The notes under the pieces are model-generated. The model worked only from the letters and a program-made list of their open reading frames with translations. It ran no database searches and was not told the origin of the DNA. A stretch of 64,000 bases of DNA from Candidatus Bathyarchaeota archaeon (GTDB lineage: Archaea > Thermoproteota > Bathyarchaeia > Bathyarchaeales > Bathycorpusculaceae). Where the stretch lies: NCBI GenBank assembly GCA_963775465.1, contig CAVZIW010000001.1:320001-384000 (forward strand). Direction: 5' to 3'. The position numbers and the translations under genes are program-made. Shown piece after piece: positions 41,742 to 51,882 of the stretch (positions are counted from its first letter, which is position 1; each line of letters starts with the position of its first letter).

Positions 41742-43438
41742 ATTGGAAAAACGTCCTCTACCTGCTACGTGTTGAACGCAAATCAGGCAGGTTACTACGT
41801 GGAGTAAAAACCACAAGGTACCGTGAAAGAGGCATTATTGCGTATTGGCCATACTGGGTGTCCGCAATAATCGGTATAAGTGGTGGTTTGATAGCTAATT
41901 TAGTTGTTTCGGCAATATATTCTGATGCAACTGCATCTGCCCTTTTGCCACCTCTTTCGGAGGCTACACTTAGCTTCTTTGTTTCTTTGCCTACACTGAT
42001 TCTAGTATTAAGTGTGGTCCTCACTATGCTACAGCAGATTCAGTTAGCAGGTTTAAAAGCCACCAAGGTAGTTAATTACTGGCTCCCAATTACTTGGCAA
42101 GAACACACTTTAGCTTCTATTTTGGCTAATTTATTTGGCCTCCCATTCGCAACCGTCATCGCGTTTTCATTTGGCACAATCGTTTTCGCAGCGTTTAATG
42201 GTTTAATTTTTTCTGCACTGATAACTACACTTGCCCTATTCGGTGCAGCTTTTATGGCGAGTGCAACCACCGAAATCGTCCGTGTTTTGCAGGTACGTTT
42301 CACAGGCGCAGTTTACAAATCCAGCGGAAAAGCGGCTGTCTGGGTCAGATTTATTGGTACTCTCATCTTCTTTTTGGCGTTCTATATAATTTATTTCTCA
42401 ATAACTCAGGGTACTACACAGTTTATTCAAGGATTAGCAGCAGCGCAAAACGCAGTTTGGTTCGTTCCTTTCGTGTGGCTTGGCGTGACCTTATTCTACT
42501 TGCTAAACGGCATAGTTGTTGAAGGTGTAATATTCATTGCATTATCTGCATTATTTATAACTGCTTTGTACTACCTGGCCATTGCATTAAATAGACGCTT
42601 TGGGCTCTACGAACCTCCAGCAATCACTGTTCAAACGCATGGAACTGTTTACAAACCGAAAAGCGGCATCTTAGGGAAACTTGGCTTCTCAAGTGTCGAA
42701 GCAGCGCTCATCCGCAAAGATGTCCGATCATTTACAAGACGACGAGAATTAATCAGTGTATTTATCATACCCATAGTATTCATCATATTGCCAATTATGC
42801 AATCTTTGAATATAACGAGCAATCCAGATGCCCCATCACAAATTGGTGCATTCTTTATGGGCATGGTTTTTCTAATGCCTCCAGCTTTTATGTCAATGAT
42901 TTTAGGTAATATGCTCATCGGCGAGGAAGGACAAGCGGTATGGCGTATCTATGCATCACCTATTTCACCTAAGAACCTTGTAAAAAGCAAATTTTTCTTT
43001 CAGATTTTGTTTTCCGTTATCATTCTATTCATCACTGGAACAGCAGGCATTATAATTTATCAACCATCTATTAGGATCGTGATTGTTGCTTTTCTTGAAG
43101 GACTTTTTCTGATTCTGCCGTTGGGCTCAATTGGATTGACATTCGGTTTTAAAGGTGCTGATTTCAGCGCAAGTCGCCGCGCGAGAATGATTCGACAACA
43201 ATGGTCGTTAATTAGTTTAGTAGTTTGCTTTGTTGCCGGAGTAGGAATCTTGGCCCCATTGCTGCCATACATAATCAACAGTTTCCTACCAGGCTTTTTA
43301 ATCTCAATACCTACAAGTAATCTCAACCTCACAATATCAGTCGTTATTAGCGGTGTAATCGCAACTGTTATCAGCGCAATTTTCTACAGAATAAACATCA
43401 ACAGCGCCGCTGAACTCATAAGAAAAGCTGAGGTTTAA
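41738..43438 (+). CDS. ABC exporter permease (multi-TM)
   Basis: Many hydrophobic TM segments; ATGA overlap with the ATPase gene. Confidence 0.85.
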   Translation: MNWKNVLYLLRVERKSGRLLRGVKTTRYRERGIIAYWPYWVSAIIGISGGLIANLVVSAIYSDATASALLPPLSEATLSFFVSLPTLILVLSVVLTMLQQIQLAGLKATKVVNYWLPITWQEHTLASILANLFGLPFATVIAFSFGTIVFAAFNGLIFSALITTLALFGAAFMASATTEIVRVLQVRFTGAVYKSSGKAAVWVRFIGTLIFFLAFYIIYFSITQGTTQFIQGLAAAQNAVWFVPFVWLGVTLFYLLNGIVVEGVIFIALSALFITALYYLAIALNRRFGLYEPPAITVQTHGTVYKPKSGILGKLGFSSVEAALIRKDVRSFTRRRELISVFIIPIVFIILPIMQSLNITSNPDAPSQIGAFFMGMVFLMPPAFMSMILGNMLIGEEGQAVWRIYASPISPKNLVKSKFFFQILFSVIILFITGTAGIIIYQPSIRIVIVAFLEGLFLILPLGSIGLTFGFKGADFSASRRARMIRQQWSLISLVVCFVAGVGILAPLLPYIINSFLPGFLISIPTSNLNLTISVVISGVIATVISAIFYRININSAAELIRKAEV

Positions 43439-43578
43439 AAAGAAACTAACTTGCGATAGCCACTTTCAGATTCGAGTACTAAGCTGAAAACAAACAATAG
43501 GACTGTACTAATTGGTTTAGGAAAACGCTGTGGGCAACGAGAAATAAACAGCGAAAACAAGTTAATAATTTAAGAATG

Positions 43579-43601
43579 TACATTTTATATGATAAAATGT
43601 A
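43579..43601. promoter_or_regulatory. 10-3-10 inverted repeat overlapping TTTATA upstream of the YbhB gene
   Basis: TACATTTTAT-ATG-ATAAAATGTA. Confidence 0.5.
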
Positions 43602-43682
43602 AAATCCCTGAAAAAGAGCCATAAACTTGTATCACCAGACTATTTATTTCACAAATAAATCATTTTTACTAGAAGGAGTCTT

Positions 43683-44126
43683 ATGGAGAAATTAACCGTA
43701 AAAAGTTCAGCCTTTGAACATAACGCTTTAATTCCTAAAAAATACGCCTGCGATGGAGACGGAATCAATCCACCTTTAGCTGTAGAAGGCACCCCCAAAG
43801 AAGCACTGAGTCTAGTTTTGATTGTGGATGACCCCGACGCTTCCAGCGGGACTTTTAACCATTGGATAGTTTGGAACATTCCACCTCACATAGGCAAAAT
43901 AGGTGAAAATATGGTTCCTGGACTCGAGGGAATGAACAGCGACAGAAGAAAAGGATATACAAGTCCTTGTCCACCATCAGGGACTCATAGATATTTCTTC
44001 AAAATGTTTGCCCTTGACGTGGAGCTTTCGCTGGACGCCAATTCATCCAAAAGGGAGCTAGAATCGGCAATGCAAGGTCATGTAATTGCTAAGGGTGAAA
44101 TTATAGGTTTATACCGCAGGCAGTAG
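43683..44126 (+). CDS. YbhB/YbcL family (PEBP) protein
   Basis: DDPDA, HWIVWNIP, PCPPSGTHRYFF. Confidence 0.93.
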   Translation: MEKLTVKSSAFEHNALIPKKYACDGDGINPPLAVEGTPKEALSLVLIVDDPDASSGTFNHWIVWNIPPHIGKIGENMVPGLEGMNSDRRKGYTSPCPPSGTHRYFFKMFALDVELSLDANSSKRELESAMQGHVIAKGEIIGLYRRQ

Positions 44127-44200
44127 CATCCTGGTTAGCTGGAACGTTTCAAACGTTAAATAGTTTTGTTGGGCAATACTGTTTTGTTGGTTGATAACTG

Positions 44201-45319
44201 TTGAACCGAAAATTCGCCAGCTTAATCGCCATCCTATTAGCATTAATAGTTACTTTGTCACTTTTTTTGCTCAGCAACCCATCAAGCGAATCCTTGAATT
44301 TCTATGTGGGAGTTGAATATGCATATGGGAATCAAGTAAGCGAGGTGAAGGCTCTGGTGGATAAAGTGAAAAGTTACACCAATCTCTTTGTCTTTGGCTC
44401 AGTTGAATTAACGTTTAATGAAACCGCTTTAAATCAGGCATGCGATTACGTTTATGACGCCAATCTAAATTTTATCGTTTTATTCACTGGCCTAGATATG
44501 TACAACTATAGCATTACCCAATGGATGGTGGATGCGAAAACAAAGTATAGTGATAGATTCCTTGGAATCTACAGATATGATGAACCTGGTGGAAACCAGT
44601 TAGATAACGGAAAATTCAGGTTAATTAATGACACAACTAGCTATGCTCAAACTGCCAACTATTTCGTAGGAAATCTCTCGTTTTTCACAGACTATTACTT
44701 GCAGTTTGCTCCAAGAATGTTTACTTCAGATTATGGACTATACTGGTATGACTACCAATCAAACTATACCAGCATCTTTGCGGAGTTCGTAGGTAACCAA
44801 AGTAGACTACGTCACATTTCTCTTTGCAGAGGAGCAGCAGACGCGTTCGGCAAAGACTGGGGAGTCATTGTAACTTGGAAGTACGATCAACCACCTTACT
44901 TAGAATCGGGTGATGAATTGTACACGGACTTAACCCTAGCGTACAATGCCGGAGCAAAGTACGCTATTGTATTTAGCTATCCACAAATAGACACGTATGG
45001 CACGCTATCTAACGATCATTTTGAGGCTTTGGAAAAGTTTTGGACGACAATAAACAATGACCCCGCAAGTTTAGGCAAAAGCACGCCTCAAGTGGCATAT
45101 GTTGTACCCAGCGATTACGGCTTTGGTTTTCGAACACCGACTGACACTATCTGGGGACTGTTTCCAGCAGATGCTTTATCGGCTAAAGTTTATGATGACG
45201 TAAATTTTTTACTCGCTAAATATGGTGCAAACTTGGACATCCTACATGATGGAGCACAAGCCGCGGCAGTTTTAATGTGCTATGACGAAGTTTATTTTTG
45301 GAACCAAACAATATCCTGA
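44201..45319 (+). CDS. Secreted/membrane-anchored hypothetical protein, possibly glycoside-hydrolase-like
   Basis: N-terminal TM/signal, YRYDEPGG, aromatic-rich sequence. Confidence 0.7.
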   Translation: MNRKFASLIAILLALIVTLSLFLLSNPSSESLNFYVGVEYAYGNQVSEVKALVDKVKSYTNLFVFGSVELTFNETALNQACDYVYDANLNFIVLFTGLDMYNYSITQWMVDAKTKYSDRFLGIYRYDEPGGNQLDNGKFRLINDTTSYAQTANYFVGNLSFFTDYYLQFAPRMFTSDYGLYWYDYQSNYTSIFAEFVGNQSRLRHISLCRGAADAFGKDWGVIVTWKYDQPPYLESGDELYTDLTLAYNAGAKYAIVFSYPQIDTYGTLSNDHFEALEKFWTTINNDPASLGKSTPQVAYVVPSDYGFGFRTPTDTIWGLFPADALSAKVYDDVNFLLAKYGANLDILHDGAQAAAVLMCYDEVYFWNQTIS

Positions 45320-45442
45320 ATTATTTATGTAAACAAGGCTTTTTAATACGTTCTAATCTGAGTTTTGATTTCATGTATATACCGGCATGTTAACAACAAA
45401 TAAAAGCCCACACGTTTGAATCATGTCAATGAGGATATTAAC

Positions 45443-46090
45443 ATGTCTGAACACTTCGCAAAAAAATGGGAAACAAGAAAAGAAGGAGAATCATTCATGA
45501 CCACACTTAAACAAACAGTGCAACCTGCGCCACCATTAAAACCCCGTTTAGATTTCGCAATCCGAAAACTTGACCTGCAAATTAGTAAACTTGACCAAGC
45601 AAACGAACGTTTCACCCAAAAAGACAAAGCGCTCTTTTCAAAACTCGTCGATTCTTATACTGTACATGACCAGGCGCACGCGAACATCTACGCTAATGAA
45701 ATAGCAGAACTGCGCAAAATGTCAAAACTAATCATGAACGCAAGATTAGCACTTGATCAAGTGGCGCTTCGCATAAGAACAGTCAGTGAATTAGGCGATG
45801 TTGTTGCAACATTAGGTCCATGCATCGGTGTACTGCGCAGCATTAGCAGCGGATTAAGCGGCGTTCTACCTGAAGCTGAAGGAGAGCTCGGTGACATAGG
45901 CAATATGCTAAGCGGCTTAATGTTTGAAGCAGGAGCATCTGGAGGAATGTCACTTAATTTCGATAATGTAAACGAGGACGCCTCAAAAATCCTGTGTGAA
46001 GCAGCCATTGTTGCAGAACAAAAAGTTAGTGCAAACTTCCCTGACCTTCCACAAGGAATGTCAACAAGCGCAAACAAGTCAAACATATGA
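45443..46090 (+). CDS. cdvB: ESCRT-III/Snf7 family protein (CdvB paralog)
   Basis: YANEIAELRK, LALDQVALRIRTVSELGD, EDASKILCEA and terminal FPDLP. GAGG SD before ATG 45443. Confidence 0.88.
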   Translation: MSEHFAKKWETRKEGESFMTTLKQTVQPAPPLKPRLDFAIRKLDLQISKLDQANERFTQKDKALFSKLVDSYTVHDQAHANIYANEIAELRKMSKLIMNARLALDQVALRIRTVSELGDVVATLGPCIGVLRSISSGLSGVLPEAEGELGDIGNMLSGLMFEAGASGGMSLNFDNVNEDASKILCEAAIVAEQKVSANFPDLPQGMSTSANKSNI

Positions 46091-46170
46091 TCTAAACTCT
46101 TCTTCTTTCCTTATTTTTTTAGTTCTTTTCGCGGCAAACGTTATATCTTTGTTAAGAAAGTTCTGATTTG

Positions 46171-46314
46171 ATGATGATGCCGACTAACACATCCCGTCTT
46201 TGTCCTACGTGCTACGTTGAAATGGAACCTAAATGCGATAGTGAAGGGAGAATGATTTATCACCAGTGCCCTAAGTGTGGATGTCGAATTCTATTTACGT
46301 TTTCTGGGCATTAG
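46171..46314 (+). CDS. 47-aa zinc-ribbon microprotein
   Basis: MMMPTNTSRLCPTCYVEMEPKCDSEGRMIYHQCPKCGCRILFTFSGH. TTATAT at 46141. Confidence 0.7.
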   Translation: MMMPTNTSRLCPTCYVEMEPKCDSEGRMIYHQCPKCGCRILFTFSGH

Positions 46315-46424
46315 CAACACAACAAAAGGGAATCTTTCTACAGCTTGTCTACTTAATCGGCGCTGTATTATCTTATTTATGCTTAGAAGGTTAGCTTTTT
46401 GGCTTATTAGAGTAAATCCCGTTT

Positions 46425-46889
46425 TCAGTAAGAAGATTTGCCCATTATTATGTAACCTGTCATGATTATTACTGCAAGAACAACTATCACTATGAGTAGG
46501 AATATCATTTGGGGGATTCCGAGAATGTAGTGTTCCACTTCATAGTTTAGAGCAACAAATGAGGGTTGTGATGAGCTAGTGTTGTTAAAAAGAAGTTCAC
46601 ACGTTCCCGAGGTATCCACAGTAAAACTGGTTGAATATTTGTCAACTTCTCCAAGATCCAAGATTGTTGAGTTTGGAAAGGTTAGCGAGAAGCAAAAATT
46701 GCTATTTGGATCGCCTGTAGTAATGAAGTTCAATTGAACTCTGTCTCCTGAAGAAACGTCTATCTTGTAAGGAAGTTCTTTCCCAGCTTCAACAATAAAA
46801 CTTCCCGTGGAGGCTCTAACAGAATTGAGTGTTCCGATGAAAATGCAGAGAAGAAGAAATAGACAACATAGTCTTCTCATAGGAAGCAT
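46425..46889 (-). CDS. Type I membrane protein with small beta-sandwich (GOLD/p24-like topology)
   Basis: Signal peptide, beta-rich ~95-aa domain (..SGTCELLFNN..), C-terminal TM, short tail. Confidence 0.65.
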   Translation of the reverse strand: MLPMRRLCCLFLLLCIFIGTLNSVRASTGSFIVEAGKELPYKIDVSSGDRVQLNFITTGDPNSNFCFSLTFPNSTILDLGEVDKYSTSFTVDTSGTCELLFNNTSSSQPSFVALNYEVEHYILGIPQMIFLLIVIVVLAVIIMTGYIIMGKSSY

Positions 46890-47219
46890 TCCCTGATTTG
46901 TTATTTATTAATGGGGTTGATAATCTTTTCGGAAATAGTGTGTTACAAGACTCCTGTTATACAAAACTACAGCTGCGAATGCTTTTTCTCAGACCCCAAT
47001 CTTAAAATTTGTTAAGGATCGTGGGAACTATTAGCTCAGAATTATACAATTGTCTTTCTCGACTGCAACATTACGTTTTCTTGAACAGAAAATTCACTTT
47101 TCTCTAATTGAAAAAAGAGCTTTTTCTTGAAAGGTCTGATTTTGTTCGAACCTTATCTGTAATTCATAAACGATTTATTTATGAAGTACTAAGACACAAG
47201 CAGTGTGAGGATATAGACT

Positions 47220-47693
47220 GTGTCTCATCAGATCCAAAGTATTCTAATTATTGATGACGAAGAAGAGATTAGAACTATGCTTTCAGCTATCCTAACAGAC
47301 AAAGGGTACTTAGTTGAAACAGCCAAAAGTGGAGGAGAAGCAGTAAAAACCTCAAAGAAAACATCATTTGATCTTGCTCTCATAGATATTAAACTGCCTG
47401 ATGCTGACGGGACAGAACTGTTAAAAAGACTAAGGGAGATTCAGCCTAAAATAGCCACAATAATTCTGACTGGACAACCCTCAATTGAAAACGCGATAAA
47501 ATCTGTTAACAACAAAGCCGATGCATATATCTTGAAACCAATCGATGCGCATACACTACTCGAAACTATTAAAAGAACTCTCGCAGAAAAAACCAACGCG
47601 TACTTCCAAATGTTTACAGAAGTTGAACGCGCAAAGACGAGCACCCCAATTTTCAAATACCAAACTCCAGATAAATGGTACCAGAACAAGTAG
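47220..47693 (+). CDS. Response regulator receiver protein
   Basis: LIIDDE, DIKLPD, TG, YILKP. Confidence 0.93.
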   Translation: MSHQIQSILIIDDEEEIRTMLSAILTDKGYLVETAKSGGEAVKTSKKTSFDLALIDIKLPDADGTELLKRLREIQPKIATIILTGQPSIENAIKSVNNKADAYILKPIDAHTLLETIKRTLAEKTNAYFQMFTEVERAKTSTPIFKYQTPDKWYQNK

Positions 47694-47876
47694 TTTCATC
47701 TATTTCGGTTCATACAAAAATTTAATTTTTCTTTGTCATGCCCACTTTGCATGCAGATTCTTATCAAGAAAGCAAGATTTCAACAAGAGTTGCTTGCAGC
47801 ATACAGATACTTCATTGAATGTTTGGCCAACTAGCAAAATATTCCACGGTTGCAGATGGAATATTAAACCTTTGAG

Positions 47877-48392
47877 CTATAGTTCGATTGTTCCTTCCAC
47901 AATTCTTTCTTGATTAACCGCTAGTTGATTGCTTAACCATGATCTAAGCATTATATTCATTTTTGGAGTTTCCCCTATGTAGACCAGGAGCTGGTTGTTT
48001 TTAACTGCGTTAATTTCGAATAAATTATCGGTGTCTCTGTAGGTGTAAGCGGAAAATTGCGGTTGACCAGCAAATATCTGGAATTCAACCCAATTCTTGA
48101 ATTGCAAAATTTCCATTTTTTGATTTATGCTTGTCTGCGTAAAGGTTGGAGACATAAAGTTAGGTTTATTTTCTGATTCATTTAGTTGAGCTTGGAGCGT
48201 TTTGACTTCTTTTTGAAGAGCGATTATTTCTAGAATAATTTTGTTTGTGTTTGCTTCAGATTTATTATCGATCGTATCGATTAAACGGGATAAAGTTTTC
48301 AGAGTTTTTTCAAGGTTCTCGTTATTTTGCGCGATTGCTGCCAATACTCTTCCAAAGGGCTGATCTTGTTTGAGGTTCGATTTCGGAGGCAT
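47877..48392 (-). CDS. Hypothetical protein (coiled coil plus C-terminal domain)
   Basis: 171-aa ORF coupled to the upstream gene (TAATG overlap). Confidence 0.7.
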   Translation of the reverse strand: MPPKSNLKQDQPFGRVLAAIAQNNENLEKTLKTLSRLIDTIDNKSEANTNKIILEIIALQKEVKTLQAQLNESENKPNFMSPTFTQTSINQKMEILQFKNWVEFQIFAGQPQFSAYTYRDTDNLFEINAVKNNQLLVYIGETPKMNIMLRSWLSNQLAVNQERIVEGTIEL

Positions 48393-48910
48393 TAGTAAAT
48401 CTGATCTCCATTAAGATTTTTGCTTGGATGGCTGCTGGATAATATGGTTTCTCTTACCACAACAAAGACTAAACCAACTAGAATCGCAGTTATTAGCACA
48501 TAGATATTCACAAATATCAGAAACAAATAGATTCCGATCAAGATTGTGAAGAGGATATAGGCAACGTTTCTTCGTGCAGCATACCACCATTGTGTTGCGA
48601 TTTTTCCTTCGCGTATCTTTGTTGGACCGTAGAGGTGGAGTTGCCGGGTTACTTCTTTAATTCGAAATCTGTTTATGTCATTTATTTTTTCAGATGTAGA
48701 ATAAAGCACTAATGCAGTAACAACCAAGAGAACGGAAATTATGGCGGCATTGAAGTTTTGAATTGTTGGGTTAAAGGCGGCAATTAAGGAACCGATGATT
48801 AAGATAGCTGTTATTACCCATGTCTTGTAGTCGCGGTCCATAATTTCTTCTCTTAAGACATGATATTCAGTGAGCAGGTTCTCTTTATCTTCTTTTAGGA
48901 TGAATCCCAT
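48392..48910 (-). CDS. Hypothetical 4-TM membrane protein
   Basis: EYHVLREEI followed by two TM hairpins. GGGAG SD. Confidence 0.72.
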   Translation of the reverse strand: MGFILKEDKENLLTEYHVLREEIMDRDYKTWVITAILIIGSLIAAFNPTIQNFNAAIISVLLVVTALVLYSTSEKINDINRFRIKEVTRQLHLYGPTKIREGKIATQWWYAARRNVAYILFTILIGIYLFLIFVNIYVLITAILVGLVFVVVRETILSSSHPSKNLNGDQIY

Positions 48911-48985
48911 TATGGTTCAATTCTCCCGAATTTCTTGTTTAGCTTAAAGTTTAGAGACTGGATTTGTGTTTTTGCATTCATTTTC

Positions 48986-49813
48986 TTATTCGTCCAAGTT
49001 TTGAATTCTTGCTTTGTGTTTGGGTCTTCTACTTGCTATAACGAGCGCAGCGATGGATATGAATGCTGAATAGGCCCACCATGGAGGATTATTGTCTGAT
49101 GTATTTGGTTTGGGCGAGGGTGAGGGACTTAGGGTTGGCTGTTGTGTTGGGGTTGAGCTAGTTGTTGGGGTTGGAGAAGTCGTTGGCGTAGCTGTGGGTG
49201 AATTTGTTGGATTTTCGGTTGGCGTTGGTGAGGTGTTTGAAGGATTGGGTGTCGGGGTTGGAGTTGGTGAAGCGGTTTCCGTCGGTTTTGGGGAGGGTGT
49301 GGGGCTTGGTGTTGGTAAAGGCGATGATGTTGGAGGAGGTGTGGGCGTTGGGGTGGTAGTTAGGGTTGGGGTAGGCGATGGAGTTGGACTTGATGTCAGT
49401 GTTGGATACGGCGATGGAGATGGTGTCGTGGACTGAGTTGGTAATGGGGTAGGTAATATTGTTGGAGTAGGAGTTGGAGACGCTGTTGGAGTAGGAGTTG
49501 GAGACGCTGTTGGAGTAGGAGTTGGAGACGCTGTTGGAGTAGGAGTTGGAGACGCTGTTGGAGTAGGAGTTGGAGACGCTGTTGGAGTAGGAGTTGGGGT
49601 AGGGTGTGCTGTTGGGCATGGTGGAGGATGATGAGGTTTGGTGGTGGGACTTGGATGCTCTGTGGGGAGACAACTTTCCGTGATCGATGATGTTTTCCAT
49701 TTGGCTTGAACATTATTAGCCCAATTTAGGGCGTAGATGACTACGGATAGACATAGAATTATGCAAAGACCTATTTTTAGTACTCGACCTTGGCGAACTC
49801 TTAATTTTTGCAT
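48986..49813 (-). CDS. Mucin-like Pro/Thr/Ser-rich surface protein
   Basis: N-terminal signal/TM, ~190-aa P/T/S tract, C-terminal TM plus basic tail. GGAG SD. Confidence 0.75.
   Translation of the reverse strand: MQKLRVRQGRVLKIGLCIILCLSVVIYALNWANNVQAKWKTSSITESCLPTEHPSPTTKPHHPPPCPTAHPTPTPTPTASPTPTPTASPTPTPTASPTPTPTASPTPTPTASPTPTPTILPTPLPTQSTTPSPSPYPTLTSSPTPSPTPTLTTTPTPTPPPTSSPLPTPSPTPSPKPTETASPTPTPTPNPSNTSPTPTENPTNSPTATPTTSPTPTTSSTPTQQPTLSPSPSPKPNTSDNNPPWWAYSAFISIAALVIASRRPKHKARIQNLDE
49460..49597. repeat. 24-bp coding tandem repeat, ~5.7 copies
   Basis: Unit TGTTGGAGTAGGAGTTGGAGACGC, encoding TASPTPTP. Confidence 0.93.
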
Positions 49814-49906
49814 TCTCCTTTCATTAGTTTTATGTTGTTATTATTTTAAGCCTTCGCAGATTCACGTCTAGTACCTTTTTCACGAATGGAGATATAAGCG
49901 AGTTTC

Positions 49907-50215
49907 TTAGTTAGAGAATATTTCAATTTTCGAAATATACCTTGCCATTTGTATCAACAAACCGACACGGCGCTTCCACCTACTGAAAAAGCGGTACTGT
50001 GAATGCATAGCGTATATATGTATCCCAGCAATGCACCAGCAATTAGCAGAAGACTGAAATCCAGCAATCCCAGACTCAAACTTCTGGTTCTAAGGATTAG
50101 TGAAACAACGAATAAGAAGAGCACTCCAGACGAAATAAGACCTATGAGGGTGCCGTTTCTGAATTTTGTCCATTCGCGGTTTAGCTCTAACATGAAATCA
50201 TGGAGAGACAGTCAT
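49907..50215 (-). pseudogene. Frameshifted 2-TM membrane protein gene
   Basis: MTV[fs]SLHDFMLELNREWTKFR..2 TM..GY[fs]YAMHSQYRFFSRWKRRVGLLIQ..*. Both shifts are in dinucleotide runs. Confidence 0.55.
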
Positions 50216-50457
50216 AATAGTAACAGCAATAATTCTAAAAAAGAAAACACCTCCATCGCCTCAAGCCTAAAATACAACAAAAGGAGGAAAAATCTTACTT
50301 TTTTGTCGATATTAAACCAATGATCTTAAAGGGCAAGGACAAAGAATTTAGTTTAAGCAATTCCAAATTTGGAGTTCGGCGTTCATTTTTTTGGTTTACT
50401 TATCCTGAGTTCATAATATTCATATCCTAAAAAAATCTAAGGTGTAACTGATGTAAA

Positions 50458-50604
50458 ATGCCTCACTGTCCCAGCTGTGGTAAACGTATCGAAAAACCAT
50501 CCCGAGAAAAGAAGGACCACAACTTTACAATTCAAGCTTTCGACTGTCAAGAATGCCATCACCACTTTCAAGTTACAATTAATAGCACTATTTACATTGT
50601 CTAA
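50458..50604 (+). CDS. 48-aa zinc-ribbon microprotein
   Basis: MPHCPSCGKRIEKPSREKKDHNFTIQAFDCQECHHHFQVTINSTIYIV. Confidence 0.72.
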   Translation: MPHCPSCGKRIEKPSREKKDHNFTIQAFDCQECHHHFQVTINSTIYIV

Positions 50605-50740
50605 AATAATATTCAAAAATTGCTCTTAATGGGAAGAATTTTTTCCACACTATTTTTGCGTAAATAATCTACATAGCTTTTGTCCCCATTTTCGGTTTGC
50701 TTGTAAAAGTTTCTTATATTTCTTAATCAACTATATTTCC

Positions 50741-50962
50741 ATGAAGAATTCTGAATGCACGATTTACATTATGTTTAAAGAAAGATGGTTGCAGAAGTTC
50801 AGAAAAGAACAAGATGGTTGGAAAGAATATAGTCGAAATGGAACCATCCGTGCATGCACTGCAGAACAATTCATTTCTCATATACTTCCGCCGTTGGCTG
50901 GAATAAAAGGACCAAATGTAACCGTCAAAGTTGACCCAGACAATGCTAACCTAAAAAAGTAA
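50741..50962 (+). CDS. Small hypothetical protein
   Basis: 73-aa ORF with TTATAT ~25 nt upstream and a TAEQFISHILPPLA segment. Confidence 0.65.
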   Translation: MKNSECTIYIMFKERWLQKFRKEQDGWKEYSRNGTIRACTAEQFISHILPPLAGIKGPNVTVKVDPDNANLKK

Positions 50963-51077
50963 GTAAAAATTCAATCCAAAAAGGTGTATGATTCCAATTT
51001 TCAAAACCTATTATTCCCTAAAATCCAAAAAATTAATATTTAGTAAAGTAGCAAGCTCTTAGCTGATGGATGCATAG

Positions 51078-51494
51078 TTGTACGAGCTATTGGCTTTCAT
51101 AGTATTATCTGTCACGTTGGAATGCGGGATGGGTATCGTATACGGCGTCGCAATTGGGTATGATCCTTTACTAGTTTTTCCGACGGCCATTATCTTAAAT
51201 TTCTTTGCAATATTTGTCGCTGTTTTTGCTATGGATAGATTGATGGAATGGAGAAAAGGGATCAGGGTTTGGATTGAAAGAAGACTTGGGAGGGGGCAAA
51301 AACTCATTGACAAGTACGGTTGCGTTGGAATATTAATGGGCGTTTTGGTTCTTTCACCAATACAGCTAGCAATAGTTGGAAGATTAATCGGAATCAGGCC
51401 AAGCAAACTCTATCCCACGCTTTTTACTGCAATTGTCTTAGTAGCAACAGCTTTCCTGGGGATCGCTTTAGGTGTTTTCAAAGTGTTATTGTAA
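51078..51494 (+). CDS. Small multi-drug export-like membrane protein
   Basis: TM helices, GIVYGVAIG, IDKYGCVG. Confidence 0.75.
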   Translation: MYELLAFIVLSVTLECGMGIVYGVAIGYDPLLVFPTAIILNFFAIFVAVFAMDRLMEWRKGIRVWIERRLGRGQKLIDKYGCVGILMGVLVLSPIQLAIVGRLIGIRPSKLYPTLFTAIVLVATAFLGIALGVFKVLL

Positions 51495-51882
51495 TCAGTA
51501 ACACCACAAAAATCAACCTTTACATATTCGATTCTTTTGGGGTAAATTAAGGCAAAATTTGGGGTTAATTCTGAAAAAAAGCTTAAAGACTGTTTTGAAT
51601 AATGAAGTTTTAGCAAAAGAGGTGACAGCAAGAAATAGAAAGCCAAAAAAGTTGAGGCTGCAAAAGCTCTCAAAACCACTACAATACAAACGGTTTTTAG
51701 CATTTTTTCCCTTCTCTCCTTTAAGTGGTTTTAGAGCTTCAACAGCTTCTACAATTAGGATCAGAATTGATTTTCTATAGTCGGAAATTTGTTAATGCTT
51801 CATTGATATTATTAGTCTAATTCTTCCCAAACAGATAGAATTAATAAATCTGGAATGCAACTACAGTTGGAGGCTTTGTTTT

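Noticed and set aside
46277-46465. 62-aa plus-strand ORF
   Set aside because: Out of frame with the better-supported Zn-ribbon ORF 46171-46314 and overlaps the convergent gene.
49092-49713. Gly/Val-, Asn/Ser- and Gln/Leu-repeat ORFs
   Set aside because: Alternative frames of the P/T/S repeat; only 48986-49813 has an SD, signal and anchor.
51410-51780. Short ORFs between the export protein and hemerythrin genes
   Set aside because: No motifs or clear translation signals; the two ORFs overlap each other.
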